Shown one piece after another: positions 18,501-31,000 of a DNA stretch of 64,000 nucleotides (position 1 is the stretch's first letter; each line of letters starts with the position of its first letter). The notes beneath the pieces are model-generated. The model was given only the letters and a program-made list of their open reading frames with translations. It ran no database searches and was not told the origin of the DNA. The DNA comes from Hormiphora californensis (Eukaryota; Animalia; Ctenophora). The position numbers and the translations under genes were made by a program. The stretch covers positions 6,758,001 to 6,822,000 of the forward strand of contig CM035360.1 in assembly GCA_020137815.1 (NCBI GenBank). Reading direction: 5' to 3'.

Positions 18501-21052
18501 ACTGCACCTGTGGGAGAGAGATAGTTATATTAGAACAAACCCAAACCCTTTACTGCCACCTGTGGGAGAGAGTTATATTAGAACAAACCCAAACCCTTTA
18601 CTGCCACCTGTGGGAGAGAGTTATATTAGAACAAACCCAAACCCTTTACTACCACCTGTGGGAGAGAGTTATATTAGAACAAACCCAAACCCTTTACTAC
18701 CACCTGTGGGAGAGAGTTAGTTATATTAGAACAAACCCAAACCCTTTACTACCACCTGTGGGAGATAGTTATATTAGAACAAACCCAAACCCTTTACTGC
18801 CACCTGTGGGAGAGAGTTATATTAGAACAAACCCAAACCCTTTACTACCACCTGTGGGAGAGAGTTATATTAGAACAAACCCAAACCCTTTACTGCCACC
18901 TGTGGGAGAGAGTTATATTAGAACAAACCCAAACCCTTTACTACCACCTGTGGGAGAGAGTTATATTAGAACAAACCCAAACCCTTTACTGCCACCTGCG
19001 AGAATTAGGGGGATGACCGATTGGGTTGGTAACAAACCGTCGGTTTCAAAATATGAGAATTTGTATTTAAAACTTGTCATGTCTCGACATTTGATTTATT
19101 CTGCACTAAATAGCTTTCGTCACTGATAGACCACGAGTTGTCAAGTTGAAAGGGGTTGATAAACATTTAAGCATGATTGGAATTTAGAGTCACGATCGTC
19201 TGAGGTGCTTTTTTAATTCAATTTGGGGTGCACTTACCATCGAACCCGGTAACAACTTTAGCTCCCCTACAGGAAGGGTAGGAGGAGGCAAAGAACTTGA
19301 ACATAGCATTATCATCAACATCCTGACTGAGATCTCCAACATACACACTATGATCCTCGCCCCTCACATTACCACCACCACCACCACCACCCTGTGTAGG
19401 GATAGAGGGGTTAATTGTTACTGCCTTTTGTCGGTGGAGAGCTAGAGGGTGTACCTTGTTGGACCCGCTGGCCCAGTTTAATTTGATGAGTTTGTTGGTA
19501 CCTGGCCAGGGCTTTAGGTTCAACGCCACTAGTACCTCCTGGGCCATCTGTTCACCTGGTAACATAGATTGGAGTAGTGAATTGGAGAACATTTAAAGTT
19601 TAAGTGATTTAGAGAAAAAGGGGATATCATACTCCGAAAATATGGGGGGGGGGCCGGCTGAAGTTTTTGAAGTTTTTGAAGTCAACTTCAAAAACTTCAA
19701 AGAGAAAATTAGGGTGGAAAACTTCAAAAACTTCAAAAACTTCAAAAACTTATATCCCCTAAACCGTTGGAGATAGGCCATATGTTGCTTCATAACTCTT
19801 ATATAAACTTGCATATTCCGAACAAGATGTACCCCTTTAAAAATCCTATAGTCACTCATAAACCATTAAAACTGGTCTAGCCCAAAAAAGTCATGCGCAC
19901 ACACAAAATTATGAAAATATCCCATTATCCCTCGAATTAGATGAGGTAGAGACTTCATTTTGGTACGTACCCCCACTAACTCGAGGCCGCTGATGATTTT
20001 GGTGTCCATATTTTTTTCACAACTCCCTTCATAAAAAAATTGCATTCTCTGAAACTGGCAAAAAGGGTGTGGCCCCAAAAAAAATTTCGAAAATTTACTT
20101 TATAATTTTTAAACACTTTCTTAGCATTTTCTAGGCAATTTTATGAGTTATAGAATGAAAATAAAATCTGTTTTTACAAAAAATTTAAATTTTTTACACT
20201 AAATTGTGCCATGGATTTCATGGCTAGGAATCATTGTAAATATCCTAATTTGTGGTAGAAAAAGGGCAGACAAGGACGGATAACTTTGCCACAATATGTA
20301 TTAAGCATGAAACTAACCTAAACAAGTGTAATAATAGTCACTGATAGCATATAAAAGTAGTTTAGAGTTTTTGAAGTTTTTGAAGTCAACTTCAAAAACT
20401 TCAAAAACTCAAAAAGTAGGGTGGAAAACTTCAAACTTCAAAAACTTCAGCCGGCCCCCCCCCCCCAAAATATGTAAAGGAATTTAAATGAGAATGTCAA
20501 AGTTGGGATATGATCGTCTGTGAAGCTATGTCAGAGATAACTTACTCTCAAATTCGAGGAAGCAGTACCCCTGGGGTTTGCCAGTAGCCCTATCTCTGAT
20601 CATCCTGACACTGACCAGTTTGTATCCCCAACCCTTGTACAGCTGCTCCAGGTAGTTTTCATCCATGTTAGGGTCCAACTGTGGAGGGAGGATATGATCT
20701 AACCCTTTTACAGGGTCGAGCAAGGCGAGGAGGGGGGGTACATTTGGTAGTTGGGGAGGGGAGCTAGGGTGGACTAGGAATGGCCCTGGCAGCTAGGGTT
20801 ATTATAGGGAGGGGCAGGGGATTACATGGTTAAATATTGAATTAGAATATTGATGTTGCAATCAGGGTGAGGGGTTGCAACAGACTGGGAGTGGGAAGGG
20901 GAGCTACTGCACCACTCTGTTTTAACTACCCACACTCTAGTCTAGAGTGCGGGTAGTTAAAACAGATCGTTGGGTAGTTAAAACAGATCTTGTTGCAACA
21001 GACTACTACTTACGTCACCCATCCACAGACTTGATGCACTTCCATGACTCAT
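15521..21052 (-). CDS. TRNAU1AP: tRNA selenocysteine 1-associated protein 1 (SECp43): two RRMs plus a low-complexity region
   Basis: MSHGSASSLWMGD|LDPNMDENY..MIRDRATGKPQGYCFLEF; SVYVGDLSQDVDD..YPSCRGAKVV..|GGSKGFGFVRFT..GLGSNRIRVCKAYPK; C-terminal VSVAEQNAEYL..WSELIESGRWSLVD. Exon phases checked for the RRM-encoding exons. Confidence 0.93.
15832..15960. mobile_element. Small MITE-like hairpin element
   Basis: caggctgtcacatgat..gagaataatattgctctaat / attagagcaatattattctc..atcacgtgacagagcctg. Confidence 0.7.
18167..18998 (-). repeat. ~48-bp minisatellite, ~17 copies, made of a TRNAU1AP splice acceptor plus the first ~25 nt of the exon
   Basis: Minus-strand unit tctaatataactctctcccacagGTGGTAGTAAAGGGTTTGGGTTTgt. 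Confidence 0.95.
19645..20466. mobile_element. Non-autonomous DNA transposon with poly-G/poly-C termini and 8-bp TSD (aaaatatg)
   Basis: aaaatatg-(g)n ccggctgaagtttttgaag ... cttcaaaaacttcagccgg(c)n-aaaatatg. Subterminal aaaacttca repeats. Confidence 0.85.
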
Positions 21053-21212
21053 ACTGAACACACCTACTAATAAATGAGAGATGTGCTGATATAACTGATG
21101 ATAAGAGATTCGATAATAAAGACACAATAAACTTTACTACGCTTTTAAAGCTGTACTGCAGTTGTCAATTATATAAGTTGGATAAAGTATAGAACACATT
21201 GTTAACATCATA

Positions 21213-22511
21213 TCATTTAAAACTCCGATCTTTTCTCTTATGATCTTTATAAGTTGTAATAACTTTATGACTCGGTACAAGATGCTCTGAAAGTCCATGT
21301 TTCTTCTTCTTCTTCTTCTGCCCCTCCAGTTCCTCCTCCTCTTCCTCGCGTGGGTGCATATAGCCACGTGGCGCTGTATACCCCTCCCTCTCTGAAACAT
21401 TGTTTTTACCTTATATGGCATCAAAATAATACATGTCAGTTTTCAATCTATAAATAGGGTACCTGTCAATTATTTTTAAATTTCGGTGAAATTAAATGAA
21501 TCGTGATTTGAAGACTAAAACTATTCATATACTGTCAGATAGCTACCTGATATAAGTGTGTCCATCATGTCCTTTTTAGGAACTGTTCCCGCACCGTTGA
21601 AGAGATCGTTATCATGAGCAAATCTGCACGTGTGGCCTTGTCTGCACCTGCCATGCTTGCGAAACTGCCAGCACAACTTCTTACCTAAAATATTAACACT
21701 TCATAACCACCTAACAACTCTAAATAAGGGGTGGTTATAGGTGCTAATAATAAACTGTAGCAGTGGGGAAGTAGTCGAGAAGTCAGATACAAGACAGGTG
21801 GTGGTGAAGGGGGCATGAAGGGGGACATGAAAGGGGGGCATGATATCATGTCTAGACAACCGCACCTCAATAACCGACTTTTCAATTATCTACTGTTCTG
21901 CAGTCTCGACCGTTTACTAAACCCTTCAGTTTTCTAAGAAGGTACAGAAACTACTGCATGTTCTTTCCATCCCATCTCTCTATAATACTGAATCATTTTG
22001 ATGTTCCCTTCAAACTACTAAACAGGTAATCGTTAAACAATTTACCATTTCTCTCAGCGAGGCTGGTTAGAGAGTTAGTCATGGTCACATGCTGTTCCAT
22101 AACCGCTTGCTTCTCCTCTCTTTCCGTCACATATTCATTTCGGAACACTGAAACCTGGGAGTTAAAAACCCGATCAGTTCCAAAGGGACTCGCTCGCTCT
22201 TTTTAAGGGAAACTCAGTTTTGTCTATGATAGTTTTTCAGAAAGTGGTGTTATATAACAGAAAATTTCTCTAGTGTTTCCAAAAGTAACCTTAGGATCGA
22301 TTGTAGAGCTAGTTTTCCCTATCCCTGATGAGTCCAGTTCCAGATCAGGGAGAGGGATCTTGCCCTCATCATCACTCTTATCCTTCTTAATATCGTCCAG
22401 TTCATCATCAGTGGAGTCAGCGGGAATCGGGGAGGGCTCCCTGGGGGCAGGAGGGGCTGCTGAATCTGAATCTGAATCACTGTCTGAGTAGGCACCTCCC
22501 AACAAATCCAT
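21213..22511 (-). CDS. Uncharacterised single CCCH zinc-finger protein, 4 exons
   Basis: [20 protein letters not shown] | SVFRNEY..AVMEQHV | [23 protein letters not shown] (C-x8-C-x5-C-x3-H) | [17 protein letters not shown]. Confidence 0.8.
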
Positions 22512-22721
22512 GTTTCTATTTAGGTGGGATTATTGGTTAGTATCTACTATCTAAGTGGTCAAGTAGGCTGTGCGGAGCAATAAAAGACAGTTTTTTTGAA
22601 AGGAAAATTAAATTCAATAGGGGTCTTTCCTGTAGTTAAATTAACACCAACACACACGAAAGATATATTAGATAAAATCCGATTCTGAAATAAACTGGAC
22701 TGCACAAATAAAGAGAATGTA

Positions 22722-22886
22722 CAGGGTGTCTTATAATTATTGAACCTTGCCTTGTTCGGCCCTGTCTTACTGTAGCACCCCGCACGGAGAATTGGAACAA
22801 CCTCTTTTACAAATGTAAAGAAGGGTTAGAATATAACAAATCAAACCCTGGCAAGGGCCCAAAAAGTATAATTACAAGACACCCTG
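22722..22886. mobile_element. MITE, mariner-like CAGGGTG ends
   Basis: ta-cagggtgtcttataattat ... ataattacaagacaccctg. Confidence 0.75.
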
Positions 22887-22986
22887 TTGTAGAACAAATT
22901 CCCGCAAACCAACCGTTGTATCTACAGTTACACACACGTGTGGGTACAACTAACAACAAACCTTGTACCCAACTATTCACACTTTT

Positions 22987-24131
22987 CTATTCTAATTTCT
23001 TCTTGAAGTAGTGTTTAAATACGACTGGTATCATCGATACAAAACCTAGGACTATTAGAAGGACAAATTGTAGTGGGGAGACTGCGTCACTAGCACTAGT
23101 CAGAGTGTGCAGTGTTTTACCAGCCTGAATAGCCAGAAGAGAGGGAGGGGCAACACCTGAAATGAAACGAAATTAATTGAACTGGATTTTAAAGGTTTTT
23201 ATAACATCAAATTTATATATTTTTATAGGTTTCCAATAAACACAATTCTTGATATATAAGTTTCAACTCACCTAGGAAGGTCCCGAAAACAAACGGGAAA
23301 ACAGGGACACCAATAACAGGCGATGTCATATTAATAAACCAGTTGGGGAGGAAAGGAGTGATCCGAAGGAAAATAATGTAGTTCAATAAACTGTCTCTAT
23401 GTTTATCGACCTAAAATATAAATGGGGGTGTTAGAGGGTGACTAATATCTTTATTCAGACTCAGAGGTTTCGTGTCTGGACTTGATGACGAACCTGCTGA
23501 TTCCATTTCTCGATACGCTCAGGGAAGTATCGTGTTACTATCTTTCTCCCCACCATGGAAAATAGGAAGAAGCAGTTTGTAGCACCAATGGCACTACATG
23601 AACAAATCAGGACTAGATTTGTCGGGAATGAAAACAGGAAACCTGAAGAAATACACTGTCAAGTATTCGTGGAACACAAAATGAATTGCAACTTGACGGT
23701 TGAATGTTGGGCGGGGAAAACGCAATTATTCCATGTTCCCCTCTACCAGACTTTACCTGATAAAATGGACAGGAAAATTGAACCAGGAATGGCGAATGTC
23801 TGTAAGAAAATATAGCTAGCAAAATAGGTTCCCATTACAGAAAAGTAGTGGGTATCTTTGTAGATTGATATAACTCTCCCTAGCTCCTGAAACGAGATCC
23901 GTTTTAAATATTCCTCTCACTGAAAACCTGACTCATAATAAGTCATGAATACTCGGGTATTTTATTCTAGATTACCTTAGCATCTTCAATATTGCGAGGG
24001 AGCTTTATGTGCCTAGAATGCTCCTCTGGAAGTTCTGGGAGATTCGAATAAATTAATCCTAGCGTCGATATTGCGGATACAAATACAAATCCAAGGATAA
24101 CAAACGATCTCTTGTTACTTTCAGCTGTCAT
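22987..24131 (-). CDS. TMEM41B: Transmembrane protein 41B (DedA/VTT family scramblase)
   Basis: IKLPRNIEDAK; LQTFAIPGSIFLSILSG; CSAIGATNCFFL; YIIFLRITPFLPNWFINMTSPVIGVP..FGTFLG|VAPPSLLAIQAG. Confidence 0.93.
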
Positions 24132-25056
24132 AACTACTGAAAATATTTGTTTTAAGGATGTATTACGCCGTAAATTAGCTTAAATCGTGCAGAATTCGGA
24201 CGTTTTCGACAAAATTTGAAAAAAGTTTTCGGTCTTGAAAAAAAAACACGAGACATTTTTTTTAAATCTGGTAACCGCGCGCGCGACCAGACAGATTTCA
24301 CATGCGCGCCGCATATTGCAGCGCAATTTATGAATCTTAGCATGTTACAATCTGGCACAGATTCTGTGCCGAGTTTCTCTCCCATCAGCTTTTGGCGAAT
24401 AGGAATGGGGAATTAACAAGAAAAACGAGGGATTAAGAAATTGCAATGGGAATCTATACACATATATATCTCCTAGTCCTACAATGCAATGCCGTCTCTC
24501 ACATTGACATCTCTTCTATTCGTCACATTCACAATAATATCATCGCATCGATTAAATTTTAACTGCAAACTAGAGAACTGAGAACTCATCAACATAACAA
24601 GAGCTGCTACTGGTCTGTGGGGGTTGATAAAAGGGTTTTATTTAAAATACTGCTGCGGATATATAACTCTGCTGGGTGAATGATAGCACTTGTAAAATGA
24701 TGTAAAAGTAGTTCAAAACATGTAAAAGAATATTTCTGCAACCTTTGTTGCACAAGCTTTTGAGTTTTCCTACAAGAACTACCTAACCTAAGAATTTTCT
24801 GACCGAATCAGGAATATAACCTGACCAAAACCTCTACTTTACAACTGTCCCTTGGGCTTGAATAAGGCGTGAATTCTACCAGATAAACCCGTCCTTCGAC
24901 ACCCGTCACATAATAACATTTATGTGTTATGAGAGACTGTCACACAAGGGTATAAGGATTTCAGACAACTTGACTATTATACAGCTCCATATGTTTTCAG
25001 CTCCAATTGTTTTCACCAGGTGTATCACTAGATATAATGACATGTCAATCTCTCCA

Positions 25057-28000
25057 CTACACGTCCACCGGTGTCACATTCTTCTGTACCGCCCTTTTGT
25101 AGCTCATCCTGGGGGAGGGAAAGAGGGGTTATTGAGGAACCGAGAAGGAGGGGTAATATACAGTGAGGGGGATATAATATCGGGGAAGGAAATATTGGGG
25201 TGAACAATAAACACGGGATAAATGTGATATGAGCTACTTTCTCTTGTTTGTTCACGCACAACACAAACAGAACACAGCAGGAAAAAGGAGGACAAAACAT
25301 TTTGCCAAAACTCAAAGTGCACTAAATTCATCCCACAACCCTGTACTAACCGGTTAGGTGTGGCTCTCCCCAGTGAAGGGCTCTTCAGTTCAGCTTCACT
25401 CTCCGGGTACAGCAGCTGAGTTAACAGGTGAGCGTACTCCTCAAACTTCTCCTTTTCTCTCTCCAGGTAACTGGTTGGGGGGGGGGGGGGGGGGGTGAAC
25501 ATTAGTAACTGGGGTTGGGGGAGGGGTGAACATTAGAAATGGGGTCCGTAGTGGTTGTTATGTTCATTGTTCTAACCCTACATTAGTAAAATGTGAAACA
25601 GGCAACTTAGTGGTTGGTATGTGCCACGATTGTAACTAAATTAGTTGACTAACGGGTGACAACTAAAAATTGTTACTAATTTAAAACAGCTATAGAATTT
25701 TTCCCTTTTGAGATACAGCTTCGGGCCAGTGATAGAACGATTTTTCAGACAATTTTGAATCAGAAAAACATAACGGCGATGACTAAAACGTTCATTCTCA
25801 TAGCGATATCGGATCATTTCCTCTTGCTCCACCAAAGCATATAGTCCGTGAAATCTACACGTTTTTCTAGCACCTCTAGCGCCTGTTCTGTTCGAGATAC
25901 AGATTCGGGACAGTGATAGAATGATTTTTCAGACAATTTTGAACGAAATTAACTTTGCTTCAAACTTCATAAATCTCAATTTCCTGATCAGAATCTTCTG
26001 TAACAAAGCGTAGTTTACAGGTAATTTGAGAAATCGCCATTTCGACATCACTCGAAACATTAATGACCGTGGAAACCCAACTTCCCAATGAGCCAAAATC
26101 TTCAAACTTGGCAGTTATGTTGGTTATGGCATGAACAACCAGACTTCCAATTATGAGAATTCTATCTCATCGGGAAGGTCGTTTCTGATAACATAGAAAT
26201 TTCAAATCTCCGTACTATATGCTTTGGTGGGGCAAGAGGAAATGATCCGATATCGCTATGAGAATGAACGTTTTAGTCATCGCCGTTATGTTATCCTGAT
26301 TCAAAATTGTCTGAAAAATCGTTCTATCACTGGCCCGAAGCTGTATCTCAAAAGGGAAAAATTCTACAGCTGTTTTAAATTAGTAACAATTTTTAGTTGT
26401 CACCCGTTATTACTTTATAATCCATGGCATTCGGGTATCGAACCTGGAACTCTGGAAGGGCAAAGGATTTCCTTCACCAAAGTGTAGCCTGAGGGGTCCT
26501 AAATCACCAAAAAAAAGTTTACCTCCCAGAACTGTGGGATAAGGGTCTTAATTGGACGTTAATTGGGCCTAATTGGTCAAAAATTAAAAATCGTCGTAGA
26601 AAGACGTAGTTGGTCGCATTTGTTCAGGAATATTATTCTAATCATCCAAAAATAATGGTTTATGCCCAAAAACGTCAATTAGATGCTTAATTGGGCGTAA
26701 ATTGAGCTTAATTGGCCTAATGGGTCAAAATTCAAAATCGTCGTAGAAGAACGTGATTGGTCGCATTTGTTCCGGAATATTATCCTGATCATCTAAAAAA
26801 TATGTTCAATGCCCAAAGATGTCAATTAGATGCTTAATTGGACGTTAATTGGGCTTAATTGGCCAAAAATTCAAAATTTACCTCAAAAGTCGCGGTAGGT
26901 CGCATTCGTTCACAAATATCAACCTTTTCACTGATACCCCTCATACCGTACTAGGAACCCGACATCCGTCAGACCCTACCTGATACCCCTCTGACCCTCT
27001 CAGATAACTCTTAGAACGTGCTAGATACCCCTCAGGCCCTGGCCGACCTGGTACCTCTAAGAAACAACTAGATAGCCATCAGGCTGCTAGATACCCGTCA
27101 GACCTTACCTGATACCCGTCAGACCGTGATAGATACCCCTCAAACCCGGTGTGATACCCCCATGACCCTACCTGATACCATTCAGATCCTACTAGATTCC
27201 CCTAGTCCCTCCCAGATACCCTCAGACACGAAGTCCCAGATACCCTCAGACACTACCAGGTAACCCTCAGACCGTGTCTGATACCCCTCACACCCTCCCA
27301 GTTAAACCTCACACCCTCCCAGGTAACCCTCAGACCGTGCCTGATACCCCTCACACCCTCCCAGGTAACCCTCACACCCTCCCAGGTAACCCTCAGACCG
27401 TGCCTGATACCCGTCAGACCCTCCCAGGTAACCCTCACACCCTACCAGGTAACCCTCAGATCGTGCATAATACCCCTCACACCCTCCCAGGTAACCCTCA
27501 CACCCTCCCAGATACCCGTCAGACCCTCCCAGATACCCGTCAGACCCTACCTGACACCCCTCTCACCCTCCCAGATACCCGCCAGATCTTGCCACTTGCC
27601 AGAGACCATATTTGATAGCCCTTGCACCCTACCTGACACCCCTCAGAACAGCTAGATACTCCTCAATCCTGTGTGATACCTCTATGACCCTATCAGGTAG
27701 GGCCTACCTGATACCATTCAGACCCTACTAGATACCCATCTGACGCTACTACACCCCTCCTACGGTGGGTATCACCGTATCAGGTAGGGTCAGAGGCCGA
27801 GGGGTATCTAGTAGTAGTAGAGCTGAGTCAGAGGGGTATCAGGTAGGGTTAGAGGAGTGTCAGGTAGCGTGTGATGGGTATCAGGTAGGGTGGGAACTGT
27901 GAGTGGTATCAGGTAAGATTTGAGCGGTATCAGGTAGGATGTGAACTGTGAGGGTATCTGGGAGGGTGTGAGGGGCATCAGGCATGGTCTGAGTGTTACC

Positions 28001-31000
28001 TGGGAGGGTCAGACGGGTATCTGGGAGGGTCCGAGGGGTATCAGGCACGGTCTGAGGGTTACCTGGGAGGGTGTGAGGTTTAACTGGGAGGGTGTGAGGG
28101 GTATTAGGTAGGGCCTTGGGGTATCTAGTAGGATCTGAATGGTATCTGGGAGGGTGTGAGGGTTATCACACCGGGTTTGAGGAGTATCTAGCACGGTCTG
28201 ACGGGTATCAGGTAAGACCTACGTCTGACGGGTAACAGCTAAGGTCTGACGGGTATCTAGGAGTCTGATGGCTATCTAGTTGTTTCTTAGAGGTTCCAGG
28301 GTCTAAGGGGTATCTAGCACGTTCTAAGAGTTATCTGGGAGGGTCAGAGGGGTATCAGGTGGGGTCTGACGGGTGTCGGGTCCCTAGTACGGTATGAGGG
28401 GTATCAGTGAAAAGGTTGATATTTGTGAACGAATGCGACCTACCGCGACTTTCTAGGTAAATTTTGAATTTTTGACCATTTAGGCCCAATTAACGCCCAA
28501 TTAGGCATCTAATTGACATCTTTGCGCTTTGGACATATTTTTTGGATGATTAGGATAATATTCCTGAACAATTGCGACCAATCACGTCCTTCTACGACGG
28601 TTTTGAATTTTGACCAATTAGGCCAATTTGGCTCAATTTACGCCCAATTAAGCATCTAATTGACGTTTTTGGGCATTGATTATTATTTTTGGATGATCAG
28701 AATAATATTCCTGACCAAATGCGACCAACCACGTCCTTCTACGACGACTTTGAATTTTTGACCAATTAGGCCCAATTAACGTCCAATTACGACCCTTATC
28801 CCACAGTTTTGGGAGGTAAACTTTTTTTTGGTGATTTAGGACCCCTCAGGCTACACTTTGGTGAAGGAAATCCTTTGCCCTTCCAGAGTTCCAGGTTCGG
28901 CAAAATTTTTACCCGAATGCCATGGATTATTAGTAACTAAATTAGTTGACTAACTTTTTCCGTTGATGCCATTCCACGGAAGGAGCAATGTTACTGTTCG
29001 TCTCTTTTATCAGTGTATCGTACTCTTGTGTCAACTTGTCAACCTGATTTGATGAAATATATACCGGACTGAATCTTAGTTTTACTAAGTAGCGGCCTAT
29101 GTTACGAGTGTCGGGTACTGCTCGAAAGCGAGAAACTAAGAATATTTTTTTGAGATGTCAAATCCCAATTTGCTCAGTCATACAAGGATATATTTCAACA
29201 AAAAGCTTTCCTATTTACCTGTGACATGTGGTTGTTGAGTTGTTCCTCTAAAGTACACCGTGTCCTACTCATTGGTAGAGAGTGGGGCTGGAACTTCCTA
29301 CTGTTACTCACTGGTGCTGCCATGGGAAGGGCACTAAACATGGCCGCTACCTGATGGAGAATAGGGGTGGTCACAAAGATAGCGATACTGGGAAAAAGAG
29401 GGGGATAGTAGAATACAATAGAAGAGGGCGGGGGGAATATTAAAGTTGGGGTAATAATTATAAGTCTTAAGAATGGAGATTGGGGGATCGGGTCTATTGA
29501 ATAAGAGTGGGATATAACACTGAAGGAAGGTGGATACCTTGTTGATGGCGTGCATCCACTCCTGCACGTCAGTATCATCACGTGCCTGCAACAGGAACTG
29601 CCGCTCATCAGCACATTGTAGAATCATTACACAGTGTCGGTGCCTGTGGACCATGAACCGGGAAGCCAGGCAGTGGTGACACACCACCTCCACCTTGGAA
29701 CCTAAGGGAATGGGTGATTCATGTTCTGTGGGGGGATCATTTGTTTGTATGTTTGTTTGTTTGTTTGGGGAGATAATCTGTTTGTTTGGTTAAGTTTACT
29801 AGAAGTGGAGTGGATCTCAAACAAGAGGCTATATATATGAGACACTCACCCCCTTTATTGAATGTCAGCTTGCTGCCCCTAAGTTCCACATCAAATCGTT
29901 TCCAGCCCCGTTTAAACACCCCTGGCCTCTTCCCGGAACTAAGCCTGAAGTCCTTCTTTACCAGAGGCCCTCTTTTGTGCACCATGTTCTCGTACTGTTC
30001 AATCTTGGGCGCCTGAAGAGGGGTAGTTGGGTTGATGGGCGCCTGGAGAGGGGTAGTTGGGTTGATGGGCGCCTGGAAAGGAGTAGTTGGGTTGATGGGC
30101 GCCTGGAGAGGGGTAGTTGGGTTGATGGGGGAGGGGTTATTGGGTTAAATGGGACGTCGGAGGAGCCAAGAGAGGTAGTTGGGGCAATGGGGCGTCAAAA
30201 CCATCGTCATGTATGGAAAACGAAGAACAAAAAGGGGTGGTTATTGTTAGGAAATCAATCAACAAAAAAGAAACAAAGAAACAAAGGCAAATAAAACTCA
30301 TCAAAACAACGCCAACAAAACACAGCAGTTTATCATCCACAAGATTCATTGAGTGTCCTCCGTAACACTGTCAGGGATCCCAATACTCTTACTAAAGAAC
30401 CCCTTCAGATCTCCTGACATACATCCCTCTAGCACCTCACTAATCCTCCTACCAGTATCGTCACTAAGAGCCGGTACCACTCCCTTCTCCCTACAAAACT
30501 GCAACTCCGTAACAGCCTTCTCCAGGGTGTTCTGAAGAGTGGCATGTTCCATAGTCAGATGACCCTCCAGGAAGGTTAGTCTCATCTCCTTGAACCTCCT
30601 AACCTTTCTATCCAGGGATGAGTTGAGTCTGCTCCTTTCCCTCCTCTTGGTGATAGGACCACTCTTCATTGCGTTAACCTGGGCCCGGAGCTGGATAATC
30701 TCCTCAAATAACTCTCTCATATCATCACACACACTCCTCTCCTTCTTCACAGGTTCTATCATTACATAATCATCCTCAATCCGTTTCCGTTTCCCACTTG
30801 TAGTCCGCTCCTGAACCTGCTCTCCCCCGGTACTTGTAGCGGCAGGTACCATGGGTGGTGGAGGTGGTAGTGGTGGTTCTGAGACGGTAGGGAGGGCGTG
30901 TTGGGTGATGTGTGTGGGTACCACGAACCCTGCACCCGGTAACCAGTGGGTATAAACCCCGGCAGGGGAGGTATTGGAGTTGAGCCTCTTTGGGGCTTGT

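Noticed and set aside
18048-19126. Plus-strand repeat ORFs (YIRTNPNPLLPPVGES)n, and (VLLIPSGEGRL)n at 32909
   Set aside because: Antisense readings of acceptor minisatellites whose unit length is a multiple of three.
27253-28194. Thr/Pro/His-rich repetitive ORFs
   Set aside because: Translations of the 21-bp-period satellite inside the foldback element.
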